Positions 49,610 to 59,368 of a stretch of 64,000 nucleotides of DNA are shown here, in pieces. The notes beneath the pieces are model-generated. The model saw only the letters and a program-made list of their open reading frames with translations. It did no database searches and was not told the DNA's origin. The first letter of the stretch is position 1. Each line of letters opens with the position of its first letter. Origin of the DNA: Bacteroidales bacterium (GTDB lineage Bacteria; Bacteroidota; Bacteroidia; Bacteroidales; VadinHA17). The stretch lies in contig JAXGLU010000001.1 of NCBI GenBank assembly GCA_040769065.1, forward strand, positions 1,479,218 to 1,543,217, in the 5' to 3' direction. Position numbers and translations under genes: made by a program.

Positions 49610-49676
49610 AATCATATTGAATTTATATTTTTGTAATCATTATTTCCAATAATCACACCAACTAAATCATAAGGTA

Positions 49677-50615
49677 ATGTACGGCAAAGCACCTTTGAAA
49701 GTTTTTTCATGCAGATCTTCCATGAGCCTGGCACAAAAAATTGCTAACAGCCTGGGTATTGAAGTGGGAAAAAGTTCAGTAACAATGTTCAATGACGGAG
49801 AATTCCAACCATGCTTTGACGAATCGGTAAGGGGGGATATGGTCTTTATAGTCCAGTCAACAAATCCGCCTGCAGAAAACCTTCTTGAACTTCTCCTTAT
49901 GATTGATGCTGCAAAAAGGGCATCAGCCTATAAAGTTATTGCAGTCATCCCATACTTTGGCTTTGCCCGGCAGGACCGGAAGGACAGGCCAAGAGTCTCC
50001 ATCGGATCAAAACTGGCAGCAGACCTTCTGGGCGCGGCCGGGGTTGACAGGATAATTACCATGGATCTTCATGCTGATCAAATACAGGGATTCTTTAATG
50101 TACCTGTCGACCACCTGTTCGGGTCAGCTATCTTTGCACCATATATTGAGAATCTCAAACTTGAAAACCTTACAATTTCCGCTCCCGACATGGGTGGATC
50201 CAAAAGAGCCAATGCTTATTCAAGACATCTCCAATCAGAAATGGTCCTCTGTTACAAGCTTAGGAAAAAACCCAACGTAGTTGAGGAAATGTCGATAATA
50301 GGTGATGTTGAAGATAGAAATGTGGTTATTATCGATGATATGGTCGATACAGCAGGAACACTTGTACTTGCTGCTCAGAAAATGAAGGAAAAACGGGCAA
50401 GAAGCATAAGGGCATTCGCTACTCACCCAATATTGTCGGGAAATGCCATTGACAGAATTAATGACTCTCCCATTGAGAAACTGGTTGTGACCGATTCCCT
50501 GCCACTGAGTCGTACCTCAGAGAAAATAAAAGTACTGTCCATTGCCGAGATTTTCGCCAACACTATACTGGCTGTCAACAACAACCAATCGATAAGTACC
50601 AATTTTGTTTTCTGA
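49677..50615 (+). CDS. prs: Ribose-phosphate pyrophosphokinase
   Basis: FNDGE, YFGFARQDRK, DLHADQIQGFF, IIDDMVDTAGT. Confidence 0.95.
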   Translation: MYGKAPLKVFSCRSSMSLAQKIANSLGIEVGKSSVTMFNDGEFQPCFDESVRGDMVFIVQSTNPPAENLLELLLMIDAAKRASAYKVIAVIPYFGFARQDRKDRPRVSIGSKLAADLLGAAGVDRIITMDLHADQIQGFFNVPVDHLFGSAIFAPYIENLKLENLTISAPDMGGSKRANAYSRHLQSEMVLCYKLRKKPNVVEEMSIIGDVEDRNVVIIDDMVDTAGTLVLAAQKMKEKRARSIRAFATHPILSGNAIDRINDSPIEKLVVTDSLPLSRTSEKIKVLSIAEIFANTILAVNNNQSISTNFVF

Positions 50616-50713
50616 TTCGTTTGTAATATATTTGCAATCCGATTTTTTTTGTCAAACGTGTAATGGGGAGTTTTCGGTATGATAACTCTTAGTAGCACAA
50701 TAACTTACAAATA

Positions 50714-51343
50714 ATGAAGACTATTGAAATTAATGGATCGGTAAGAACAGAGCTGGGAAAGAAAAACTCCAAAAAGCTAAGGATGGCTGGAAATGTTCCC
50801 TGTGTCATTTACGGGAAGAATGATAATGTTCATTTTTATACTCACGAAAACAGTTTTCTTAACCTTGTTTATACTCCCGATTCCCATCTGGTAAATCTTA
50901 ACCTGGATGATAAGAAGTATAATCTGATTGTAAAGGATGTACAATTCCATCCTGTAACCGATAAGATCATACATGCTGATTTCCTCGAGATCTCTGATGA
51001 CAAGAAAATAAAAATAAGCCTTCCGGTCAAAATATCCGGTGATTCAATCGGAGTGAAAGCCGGTGGCAAACTGAGAATTAAAAGAAGACACCTGAACGTT
51101 AAGGGTTATGTTAAGGATATCCCGGAGTTTATTCCCATTGATATCACGAATGTTAAAATAAACCATTCAATAAAAGTGAGTGATATCTCCGTCCCCAATA
51201 TTGAAATAACAGATCCTAAGATTACTACTATTGTCACTGTTGCCAGTTCACGTGTTGTGTTGAAAGAAGAAGGGGAGGCTGCTGCTGAAACACCTGAAGC
51301 TGAAGCCACTCCTGCAGATACGCATTCTGAAGAAAAAAGCTGA
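50714..51343 (+). CDS. rplY: 50S ribosomal protein L25 / general stress protein Ctc
   Basis: Ctc-type two-domain L25 (RMAGNVPCVIYG, VQFHPVTDKIIHADF) with an acidic/Ala-rich tail. Confidence 0.92.
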   Translation: MKTIEINGSVRTELGKKNSKKLRMAGNVPCVIYGKNDNVHFYTHENSFLNLVYTPDSHLVNLNLDDKKYNLIVKDVQFHPVTDKIIHADFLEISDDKKIKISLPVKISGDSIGVKAGGKLRIKRRHLNVKGYVKDIPEFIPIDITNVKINHSIKVSDISVPNIEITDPKITTIVTVASSRVVLKEEGEAAAETPEAEATPADTHSEEKS

Positions 51344-51376
51344 TAGAAGTTTAGCATAAAAATAGATTCGGGCGCA

Positions 51377-51985
51377 ATGAAACACCTGATAGTTGGCCTG
51401 GGAAATATTGGTGAAAAATACAGTGATACCCGGCACAATATCGGATTTGACGTACTTGACGCCATGGCAGAGAAGTTCAGCGCTTCCTTTGCCGATAAAC
51501 GCTATGGATCAGTCTGTGAAATACACTTTAAAAACTGCATATTCCTGCTCCTCAAGCCTTCAACTTATGTAAATCTAAGCGGCAATGCCGTCAGATACTG
51601 GATCAACAAGGCAAAAATTCCTCTGGAAAACATGCTTGTTATAGTTGATGATATAGCCCTTCCCATAGGAAGCATAAGGATGAGGGCAAAAGGCAGTGAT
51701 GGTGGTCATAACGGACTGGCACACATTAACCAGGTACTCGGCACCGATGAATATGCAAGAATAAGAATAGGAATAGGAAACGGCTTCAGTAGAGGAAGGC
51801 AGGTCAATTTTGTTCTGGGAAAATGGAACAGGGAAGAAAAAGAACTGCTGAAAAACAGGATATCACTGGTGATCCGGATGATTGAATCCTTCGCTACAGC
51901 CGGCGTCGAATTAACGATGTCAGCATATAACAAAGCCGGCAAAACACTTCCGGATAAAAATACAGGGACTGCAAGTCCTGATTAA
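51377..51985 (+). CDS. pth: Peptidyl-tRNA hydrolase
   Basis: LIVGLGNIG.KY..TRHNIGF and GGHNGL. Confidence 0.95.
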   Translation: MKHLIVGLGNIGEKYSDTRHNIGFDVLDAMAEKFSASFADKRYGSVCEIHFKNCIFLLLKPSTYVNLSGNAVRYWINKAKIPLENMLVIVDDIALPIGSIRMRAKGSDGGHNGLAHINQVLGTDEYARIRIGIGNGFSRGRQVNFVLGKWNREEKELLKNRISLVIRMIESFATAGVELTMSAYNKAGKTLPDKNTGTASPD

Positions 51986-51994
51986 TATTACAGA

Positions 51995-52390
51995 ATGACC
52001 GGTAATTCATCCGTCAGAATTGATAAATTCCTCTGGTCGGTAAGAATTTTCAAAACAAGAAGCATCGCTGCAGAGGAATGCAGAAAAGGCAGGATATTAA
52101 TTGGAAACCTCCCGGTAAAACCCTCCAGAACCATATCTGCCGGAGAGGTATTCTCCGTGAAAAAGCTTCCGGTAATATACACTTACCGCGTTATTGAGCT
52201 CCCGGAAACCAGAAAAGGTGCCAGCCAGGTTGGAAATTACATTGAAGACCTTACACCCTCAGAGGAAAAGGAGAAACTGCTGCTAAACAAGGAAGGAGTG
52301 TTCATTTTCCGCAAAAAAGGATCCGGACGTCCTACTAAAAAGGACAGGCGCATTATTGACAGACTGAAAGATAACAACATCCTTCCGTAA
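51995..52390 (+). CDS. hslR: S4-domain RNA-binding protein (Hsp15-like)
   Basis: RIDKFLWSVRIFKTRSIAAE..GRILIGN S4 motif. 131 aa. Confidence 0.8.
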   Translation: MTGNSSVRIDKFLWSVRIFKTRSIAAEECRKGRILIGNLPVKPSRTISAGEVFSVKKLPVIYTYRVIELPETRKGASQVGNYIEDLTPSEEKEKLLLNKEGVFIFRKKGSGRPTKKDRRIIDRLKDNNILP

Positions 52391-52530
52391 AGGGTGGTAA
52401 AAAGACTTATTTATTTTAAATTAGGCAATTAAAATATGAATGATATCCCCTGCTCCACACCTTTTTATTATTTTGCTGAACTATAATTTCAGGAATTTAA
52501 GCTGATCGGAGACAGCTTATCAATTGCTTT

Positions 52531-53865
52531 ATGGGTAAAAAAAACATAGAAAAATACTCAGCGCTTTATTCTTTGCTGAAAAAAATATCAGGCTTCTGGC
52601 ATGACAAGATCTTCTACCGCAAAATAATTGTCGTTGGCAGAGAGAATGTCAGGCCCGACTGCCACCTCATCCTGGCTCCAAATCATCAGAATGCATTACT
52701 CGATGCTCTTGCGGTACTCTTTACCATGAAAGGACAACCGGTTTTTCTTGCAAGAGCTGACATATTTAAAAATAAATTCATTGCTTCTTTGCTGTATTTC
52801 CTTAAAATATTGCCCGTTTACAGAATAAGGGACGGTTTTAGCAATCTGAAAGCCAACGATGAAATATTCAGGAAAACCATAGATGTCATCAGAAATAAAA
52901 ATGGACTTGTTATCCTTCCTGAAGGTGATCATGCAGGTTTCAGAAGACTCCGTCAACTTAAGAAAGGTATATGCAGGGTTGCTTTCCAGGCTGAAGAAGC
53001 TATGGATTTTAATCTGAATATCAAGATCATACCTGTAGGATTAGAATATACCAACTACAGCCGGTTCAGACAGGTTTTAACTGTGGTATACGGAAAAATG
53101 ATAGAAGTTTCTGATTATCATGACCTATACCGGACAAACCAGGAAAAAGCCCTTAACGAACTCAAAAACCGCCTCTCAGCTGAAATGAAAAACGTTATGG
53201 TGCACATTGAGTCAGAAAAGGACTATGAGGCAATCGATGAACTTAGAAATATTATAAATGGCCGGTATAGCGACGATATTAAAAATCCGAAATTGTTCAG
53301 AGACAGAAAACTGATAGCCAGGCTTAACAGCATAAGGGAATCCAACCCCAATCTATACGATAAGATCTGCTCCCTGAGCCTTGATGTAAAGAAAAAAAGC
53401 GCCAGGCTGCATACCTCATACAGGCTCCTCGAGAAGAAAAATCATCCTCTGGGATTTTTATTGGCGGGTATCTTGTCGCTGATTATCAGTTTCCCACTTT
53501 ACGTTTTCGGGAACATCTTCACCCTCACTTTTCTCAAGATCCCTGAACTGCAGATCAGAAAGATCAAAGATCACCAGTTCCACGGCTCCCTGAAATTCGG
53601 ATACTCCTTCGGACTTGCACTAATACTGCTTCCACTATACCTAATTATTGCGCTGCTAATCATCAGACCATGGTGGCTGGCTCTTCTGATTTCGCTAATG
53701 ATTCCCCTGGCAGGCATTTTCGCATGGAATTATATAATACTGATTAAAAGAATCATTGGAGGATTCAGGATTAGGAAATATATTAAAAATAAAAACCGGG
53801 ACTTCATCAGCCTCAGAAAGAGTTACGATGAATTGACCGGCCTTATTACTCAGTTGGAACAATGA
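52531..53865 (+). CDS. PlsC-like lysophospholipid acyltransferase with C-terminal membrane anchor
   Basis: Acyltransferase blocks APNHQNALLD, VYRIRD and ILPEGDH. Two C-terminal TM helices. Confidence 0.8.
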   Translation: MGKKNIEKYSALYSLLKKISGFWHDKIFYRKIIVVGRENVRPDCHLILAPNHQNALLDALAVLFTMKGQPVFLARADIFKNKFIASLLYFLKILPVYRIRDGFSNLKANDEIFRKTIDVIRNKNGLVILPEGDHAGFRRLRQLKKGICRVAFQAEEAMDFNLNIKIIPVGLEYTNYSRFRQVLTVVYGKMIEVSDYHDLYRTNQEKALNELKNRLSAEMKNVMVHIESEKDYEAIDELRNIINGRYSDDIKNPKLFRDRKLIARLNSIRESNPNLYDKICSLSLDVKKKSARLHTSYRLLEKKNHPLGFLLAGILSLIISFPLYVFGNIFTLTFLKIPELQIRKIKDHQFHGSLKFGYSFGLALILLPLYLIIALLIIRPWWLALLISLMIPLAGIFAWNYIILIKRIIGGFRIRKYIKNKNRDFISLRKSYDELTGLITQLEQ

Positions 53866-54668
53866 CTTGGGGAAAAACATTCAAAGGAAAAACAGCATGG
53901 GTTACAGGAGCGTCTTCAGGTATAGGAGAAGCGCTTGTGAAAGAACTGGTAAAGAGAGGTGCGGTTGTAATCGCATCTTCCAATGACCCTGAAGGCCTGT
54001 CAAAAATGAAAGAATCATGCGGTGAATCATCCGGAATGATAACCTGTGCACCATTTGATCTTTCAGACACCCCTGACATTGAAAAAACTGCCGGCAAAAT
54101 CCTTGAACAATTCGGAGCCCCAGATTACCTTATAAACATCGGAGGTATAAGCCAGAGAGCTACAATTGAAGAAACTCCCTTATGGCTTGACAGGAAAATA
54201 TTAGAGATCAATTATTTCGGAACTATAACTCTCACTAAGGCTGTCTTGCCATACATGATAAGGAGGAAATCCGGACACGTCCTTGCAACAAGCAGCATTT
54301 CCGGACGCTTCGGCTTCCCTCTCCGTGCTTCATACTCAGCATCAAAACAAGCTCTGCATGGGTTCTTTGAAACTCTCTATCTTGAGAATAAAAAATACAA
54401 CATACGCGCCTCAGTAATTATTCCGGGCAGAGTAAGAACAAATATATCCTTCCACGCACTTGACGCCAGAGGCAATGAACATGGAAAACTTGACGATGGC
54501 CAGGCAGGAGGAATCTCCCCTGAAAAGGCCGCTAAAATAATTGCGAGGGGAATTATTAAAAACAAAAGGGAGATCCTTGTCGGAGGAACCGAATTATCAT
54601 TATTGTATATCAGAAGAATATGCCCATGGCTATTCTTCAGAATCGCAGATCGCATAAAATCAACATAA
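53862..54668 (+). CDS. Short-chain dehydrogenase/reductase
   Basis: TGASSGIGEA and catalytic YSASK. Confidence 0.9.
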   Translation: MTWGKTFKGKTAWVTGASSGIGEALVKELVKRGAVVIASSNDPEGLSKMKESCGESSGMITCAPFDLSDTPDIEKTAGKILEQFGAPDYLINIGGISQRATIEETPLWLDRKILEINYFGTITLTKAVLPYMIRRKSGHVLATSSISGRFGFPLRASYSASKQALHGFFETLYLENKKYNIRASVIIPGRVRTNISFHALDARGNEHGKLDDGQAGGISPEKAAKIIARGIIKNKREILVGGTELSLLYIRRICPWLFFRIADRIKST

Positions 54669-54679
54669 AAATTGTTTTC

Positions 54680-55759
54680 ATGAAAGGATATGAAATAGGA
54701 GGTATCCAGCAGATTGGGATAGGTGTCAGCAACCTCAGGGAAGCATGGAATTGGTATATCGATATGTTCGGAATGGATTGCCGGATATTTGAAGATGAAG
54801 CAGAAGCAAAATTAATGCTTCCATATACCGGAGGCAAGCCAAGAAGCAGACATGCGGTGCTTGCCCTGAACCTTCAGAGCGGAGGAGGATTTGAAATCTG
54901 GCAATATAAAGGCAGGGAACCCGAAGATATCAGGGAACAGATAAGACTGGGAGACCTGGGTATCCTTGCCTGCAAAATAAAAGTTAAAAACATTTCTGAC
55001 GCCTTCTCATTCTATAAGGGAAAATCAGCTGTTATACTGGGAGAACCAGTCGCCGATCCTGCAGGTAATAGAACCTTCTTCCTGAAAGATCCATATGACA
55101 ATATCTTCCAGATTGTTGAAGGCAACAACTGGTTCCTGGATGAAAATAAAGTGTCAGGAGGCGCATATGGTGCTGTAATTGGTGTTTCAGATATTGACAG
55201 GGCAAGAAAAGTTTATTCGGATATTCTTGGCTATGACATAGTTGTATATGATCTAACTCATGTCTTCCCCGATCTGTCAGCAATTCCGGGAGGTGGTAAT
55301 AAAATGCGGCGTGTGCTTCTAAGATGTTCAAAACCTTTTTCAGGCCATTTCATAAAGATATTCGGGCAAAGCGAAATTGAACTGATATGTTCTGTGGATA
55401 AACCGGGCAAAAAAATATACCATGAGCGTTTCTGGGGTGATCCCGGCTTCATTCATCTTTGCTTTGATATTAAGGGGATGGAAAAGTTGAGGGAATTCGC
55501 CGGAAGCAAAGGGCATCCTTTTACCGTCGACAGCAAGGCAAGCCATATGGGCAACAGCTTTGACATGGGGGAAGCGGCAGGTCACTTTGCATACATTGAA
55601 GATCCCGATGGTACTTTGATTGAGTTCGTTGAAACCCATAAGATGGCTATCCTGAAAAAGCTTAACTGGTACCTTGATCTTAAGAAAAAATCTGCTTATA
55701 AACCCCTGCCAACATGGATGCTGAAGATGCTGAAATATTCCCGGGTCAGGAATCCTTGA
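54680..55759 (+). CDS. VOC (glyoxalase/bleomycin-resistance/dioxygenase) family protein, multi-domain
   Basis: Repeated VOC-like modules (IGIGVSNL...FEIWQ; IGVSDIDRA...; HLCFDI...IEDPDGTLIEFVE). Start moved to ATG 54680. Confidence 0.75.
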   Translation: MKGYEIGGIQQIGIGVSNLREAWNWYIDMFGMDCRIFEDEAEAKLMLPYTGGKPRSRHAVLALNLQSGGGFEIWQYKGREPEDIREQIRLGDLGILACKIKVKNISDAFSFYKGKSAVILGEPVADPAGNRTFFLKDPYDNIFQIVEGNNWFLDENKVSGGAYGAVIGVSDIDRARKVYSDILGYDIVVYDLTHVFPDLSAIPGGGNKMRRVLLRCSKPFSGHFIKIFGQSEIELICSVDKPGKKIYHERFWGDPGFIHLCFDIKGMEKLREFAGSKGHPFTVDSKASHMGNSFDMGEAAGHFAYIEDPDGTLIEFVETHKMAILKKLNWYLDLKKKSAYKPLPTWMLKMLKYSRVRNP

Positions 55760-56954
55760 TTTTCTGAACTTCATTAAATACCCTTATAAGATTGCCTCCC
55801 CATATTTTGGCTATATCAGACCGTGAATAACCCCGGCGCAGTAACTCTATAGTGATATTTTTCATCTGTGAAACATCAACGCAGCCTTCAACCCTGCCTC
55901 CGCCGTCAAAATCAGTGCCTATACCAACATGGTCAATGCCTGATACCTGAACAACATGATCGATGTGGTCAACAACATCACTTACTGTTGCCAGTCTTGT
56001 ATATGTTTCTTTGATTTCCTGGAATTCTGTCCGGAATTTTTTTCTGTCCTCAGGATTCAGAGTGTCCGGATTACCCCACCTGGTTGTCAGATCATTGATT
56101 TTTGATTCAAGCTCGGGATTTGGCACGGGAGTTTTCAAATACTCACTTACAATGCATATCTGAATAACGCCTCCATTTTCCTTAAGGGCAAGAAGCATGT
56201 CGTCGGTACAGTTCCTTGGATGCTCGCATAATGCCCGGCATGAAGAATGGGATGCTATGACAGGTGCTTTTGATTCATGTATAACATCATAGAATGCGTT
56301 GTCAGAAATATGTGATACATCTATAATCATTCCAAGACGATTCATTTCCTCAACGACCTGGAGTCCAAAAGAAGAAAGGCCGTCATGCTCTGGCCCTGCG
56401 CAATCGGTTGATGAATCACAAATATCATTGTTCATGGAATGGCAAAGGGTCATATACCTGGCACCAAGGTCATAATAATGCTTCAGCCTGGTTCGGTCCA
56501 ATCCTATTGCATATCCATTTTCCAGACCAATAAAAGCCGCTCTTTTTCCTTCATTCTTCAGCCTGTATGCTTCATCGGGAGAACAAGCCAATCCGGAAAT
56601 ATTGCTGTTTTTCTCAATATTTGCCCTGATAGTTCTGAATATCTCATCAGCCCTCATGTTAACAGATGAAAAGGCTGAATCATTTCTTGGTCCCTGGCCG
56701 ATGAATACCACAAAGAATTCAGCATCCAGCCCTCCTTCCTTCATCCTGGGAAAATCAACACATCCATTATCATTGCGAACACCAAGATCGTAATCATTCC
56801 TTATCATATTAAGAGGAGTGTCGCAATGAGAGTCAATTGTTAATATTTTCCTGTGTATCTTGTCAGCCCTGGTTGCAAGCCGGTCTTCACTGATCCTGCA
56901 ACTACTATGAAGGAGGATGACCAGGAAAAGCACAAAACCCGCAATTTTATTCAT
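55746..56954 (-). CDS. Membrane dipeptidase (peptidase M19)
   Basis: Signal/lipoprotein N-terminus, IDSHCDTP, VSH, GIGTDFDGG. Confidence 0.9.
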   Translation of the reverse strand: MNKIAGFVLFLVILLHSSCRISEDRLATRADKIHRKILTIDSHCDTPLNMIRNDYDLGVRNDNGCVDFPRMKEGGLDAEFFVVFIGQGPRNDSAFSSVNMRADEIFRTIRANIEKNSNISGLACSPDEAYRLKNEGKRAAFIGLENGYAIGLDRTRLKHYYDLGARYMTLCHSMNNDICDSSTDCAGPEHDGLSSFGLQVVEEMNRLGMIIDVSHISDNAFYDVIHESKAPVIASHSSCRALCEHPRNCTDDMLLALKENGGVIQICIVSEYLKTPVPNPELESKINDLTTRWGNPDTLNPEDRKKFRTEFQEIKETYTRLATVSDVVDHIDHVVQVSGIDHVGIGTDFDGGGRVEGCVDVSQMKNITIELLRRGYSRSDIAKIWGGNLIRVFNEVQKIKDS

Positions 56955-57037
56955 AGCTAATTAAGTAGTTATTAACCACCAAGATAATTAATAATGAATC
57001 CCCATTTCTCTGATTATCGCATTTTTAACACTATTTA

Positions 57038-57071
57038 ACAAAGAAAGCCCCTGACGTTTCAGCCAGGGGCA
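57038..57071 (-). terminator. Putative intrinsic terminator downstream of dsbD
   Basis: 7-bp GC-rich stem GCCCCTG/CAGGGGC (57048-57071) with a 10-nt loop, followed on the minus strand by TTTCTTTGTT. Confidence 0.55.
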
Positions 57072-57286
57072 ACCATGAAAAGAATGAAAAAATTGCTTTT
57101 CGACAATAAAAGCTTCTTTATAATATCAAACGGTTTTAAATATCTGTGATTTTCCTAATAATATTCAAATTCATTGAAATAAATAAAATAATTCCGGCAA
57201 TCTTGCCATCAATAACTTATACGACCAAAAGTAACATAATTATCATCTTTAAGCAAGAAATAGTTTTCAAGGCCTTTATGCTCTTT

Positions 57287-59305
57287 TTACCTCAAATAGA
57301 AGAGTTCCTTGCCTTCATCGAGCCACCTGGCAAATGCTGAAGGATCAAGGTTTGTGGTCATTGGTGTGTTCAGGGGATTCCCATCGTGATCTGTGATAAC
57401 ATACAACGGCAAGGCATTTGTTTTGAATTTCGATATTTCCAGGTCTTCGTTTATTTTACCTATAGTCTTCTTGATTTTACCATCAACTGATGATGTAATC
57501 CACTCTTCTTCCGGTAGCTGGGTCCTGTTGTCAACATAGAGGGCAACGATCACAAAGTCCTCTTTGAGTCGTTGAAGGACTCCCGGATCTGACCAGACTT
57601 TAGCTTCCATCATTTTGCAGTTGGCGCAGGCATGTCCCTTGAAATCAAGAAGTACTGGCTTCTCCACTTCTCTGGCGCAGGCCAGTCCCTGCCTGTATTC
57701 ATAATACCCCTTCAGCCCCAAAGGCATATCAAAAATTTCATCATACTTCGGAGCAGAACAGAGTTGGCTTGTGAAGTCAGGATATAATGATAACTGTTCA
57801 ACCGGTTTACCTTCCTCGATTACCTTAACCAGGTTGAATTTAGAGGTCTCTGGCGAAGGAAGCATTGCAGACAAGCCTTTCAAAGGGGCTCCAAACAGCC
57901 CCGGAACAAGGTACAAAACAAAAGTAAAGACGGCTATTACAAGGAATAACCTTAAAGTACCAATGTAAGGCAGCTCACTGTCATGAGAAAACCTGATTTT
58001 ACCCAGCAGATACAATCCAAGCAATGTAAATATTACGATCCATATTGACAGGAATATGTCTCTTGATAGTAATTTGAAAGAATATACGCTGTCTATCGTC
58101 ATAAGGAATTTCATACTGAAGGCAAGCATGATAAATCCCAATACCACTTTTACTGAATTGAGCCATCCTCCCGATTTGGGTAACCTGCTTATTATAGATG
58201 GGAAAAGTGCAAATATCGTAAAGGGAAGGGCAAAGGCGAGGCCAAATCCAAGCATTCCGATTGTAGGCCTCAAAGTATCACCGGTTGCTGCTTCAACGAG
58301 CAAAACTCCTATTATAGGGCCTGTGCATGAAAAGGATACAATCACGGTTGTCAAACCCATAAAAAATGAGGCAGCGACACCTCCCCTATCCACTCTTGAA
58401 TCAGCCCTGGTAACCCAACTGCTGGGCAATACAATTTCAAATGCCCCGAAGAATGAAATGGCAAAAATCAGAAACAAAACAAAGAATACCAGGTTTGGTA
58501 TCCAGTGAGTGCTTAAGGTATTTGCAAATCCAGCTCCTGCACTTGTTAATGAAATAACAAGCCCGAGAGCGGTGTATATCAAGACAATTGAGATCCCGAA
58601 AATTACTGCTTTAAAAACTGACTTGCTTCTGTTATCCGACCCCTGGGAAAAAAAGGCGACTGTCATTGGTATCATAGGAAATACACATGGGGTAAGTATC
58701 CCGGCAAAGCCGGCAAGCAAGGAAATAATAAAGAATTTTAGCAATCCGCTTTTGGGTGCAGTCAATTCAACACCGGATGTCTGGTTAAGTTGTTCAGGGG
58801 GAGAAGCTACAGAAACCGGAGTGCCGACAGTAATTATGAACTCAACATCTTTTGGAGGAGAACAGGTTACATTATTGCACGACATAAAGTTCACCATTCC
58901 GCTTACGGAAAATGAAGTAGCCGTTGATCTGACCTTCTGCCTGAATTCAGCCTTGTTACTGAACGATTTAATCCTGAAGCCAAATGCTTCATCAAATAAC
59001 TCCTCAGGAGCAGTAACTTCAACCACGTTACCTTCAAGTATATAGTCAGGGAGGGTATCAAACGTGAATGTAGTTGGTATGGGACCTCCCTCCGGTACAT
59101 CCATTGAATAGATATGTGAACCTTTTTCAATTAAGGCTGTAAAAATCAGCTCATAACTTTCTCCATCCTTCTTCTCGTAATCAAAACTCCATGTAACAGG
59201 ATCATATATCTGGGAATGAACATAAACAGCCAACATCGTGAGAAAAACGGCTATGGTCAGTTTTCGTATCATGGCAGGATTTATTTTACATCGGTTTGGA
59301 ATCAA
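57287..59305 (-). CDS. dsbD: Thiol:disulfide interchange protein DsbD-like (N-terminal domain + CcdA-type membrane core + thioredoxin domain)
   Basis: Membrane core with TPCVFPMIP, and a C-terminal thioredoxin-like CANC motif (GHACANCKMME). The true start is probably MIRKL at 59272. Confidence 0.88.
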   Translation of the reverse strand: MIPNRCKINPAMIRKLTIAVFLTMLAVYVHSQIYDPVTWSFDYEKKDGESYELIFTALIEKGSHIYSMDVPEGGPIPTTFTFDTLPDYILEGNVVEVTAPEELFDEAFGFRIKSFSNKAEFRQKVRSTATSFSVSGMVNFMSCNNVTCSPPKDVEFIITVGTPVSVASPPEQLNQTSGVELTAPKSGLLKFFIISLLAGFAGILTPCVFPMIPMTVAFFSQGSDNRSKSVFKAVIFGISIVLIYTALGLVISLTSAGAGFANTLSTHWIPNLVFFVLFLIFAISFFGAFEIVLPSSWVTRADSRVDRGGVAASFFMGLTTVIVSFSCTGPIIGVLLVEAATGDTLRPTIGMLGFGLAFALPFTIFALFPSIISRLPKSGGWLNSVKVVLGFIMLAFSMKFLMTIDSVYSFKLLSRDIFLSIWIVIFTLLGLYLLGKIRFSHDSELPYIGTLRLFLVIAVFTFVLYLVPGLFGAPLKGLSAMLPSPETSKFNLVKVIEEGKPVEQLSLYPDFTSQLCSAPKYDEIFDMPLGLKGYYEYRQGLACAREVEKPVLLDFKGHACANCKMMEAKVWSDPGVLQRLKEDFVIVALYVDNRTQLPEEEWITSSVDGKIKKTIGKINEDLEISKFKTNALPLYVITDHDGNPLNTPMTTNLDPSAFARWLDEGKELFYLR

Positions 59306-59368
59306 AGATCAAATACTGCTGCTGATAACCTGAAAATGGACAAAATTGTTCAGCTATCCCGCATATGT

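Noticed and set aside
55340-55774. 144-aa ORF on the - strand
   Set aside because: It is antisense to the C-terminal part of the VOC-family gene and has no motifs.
57075-57149. 24-aa ORF MKRMKKLLFDNKSFFIISNGFKYL in the dsbD-dipeptidase gap
   Set aside because: The context is AT-rich and low-complexity, nothing suggests conservation, and it sits just beside the dsbD terminator hairpin.
58056-59045. Two consecutive + strand ORFs (150 aa and 178 aa)
   Set aside because: Both are antisense to the dsbD membrane and thioredoxin regions and have no recognisable motifs. They are shadow ORFs.
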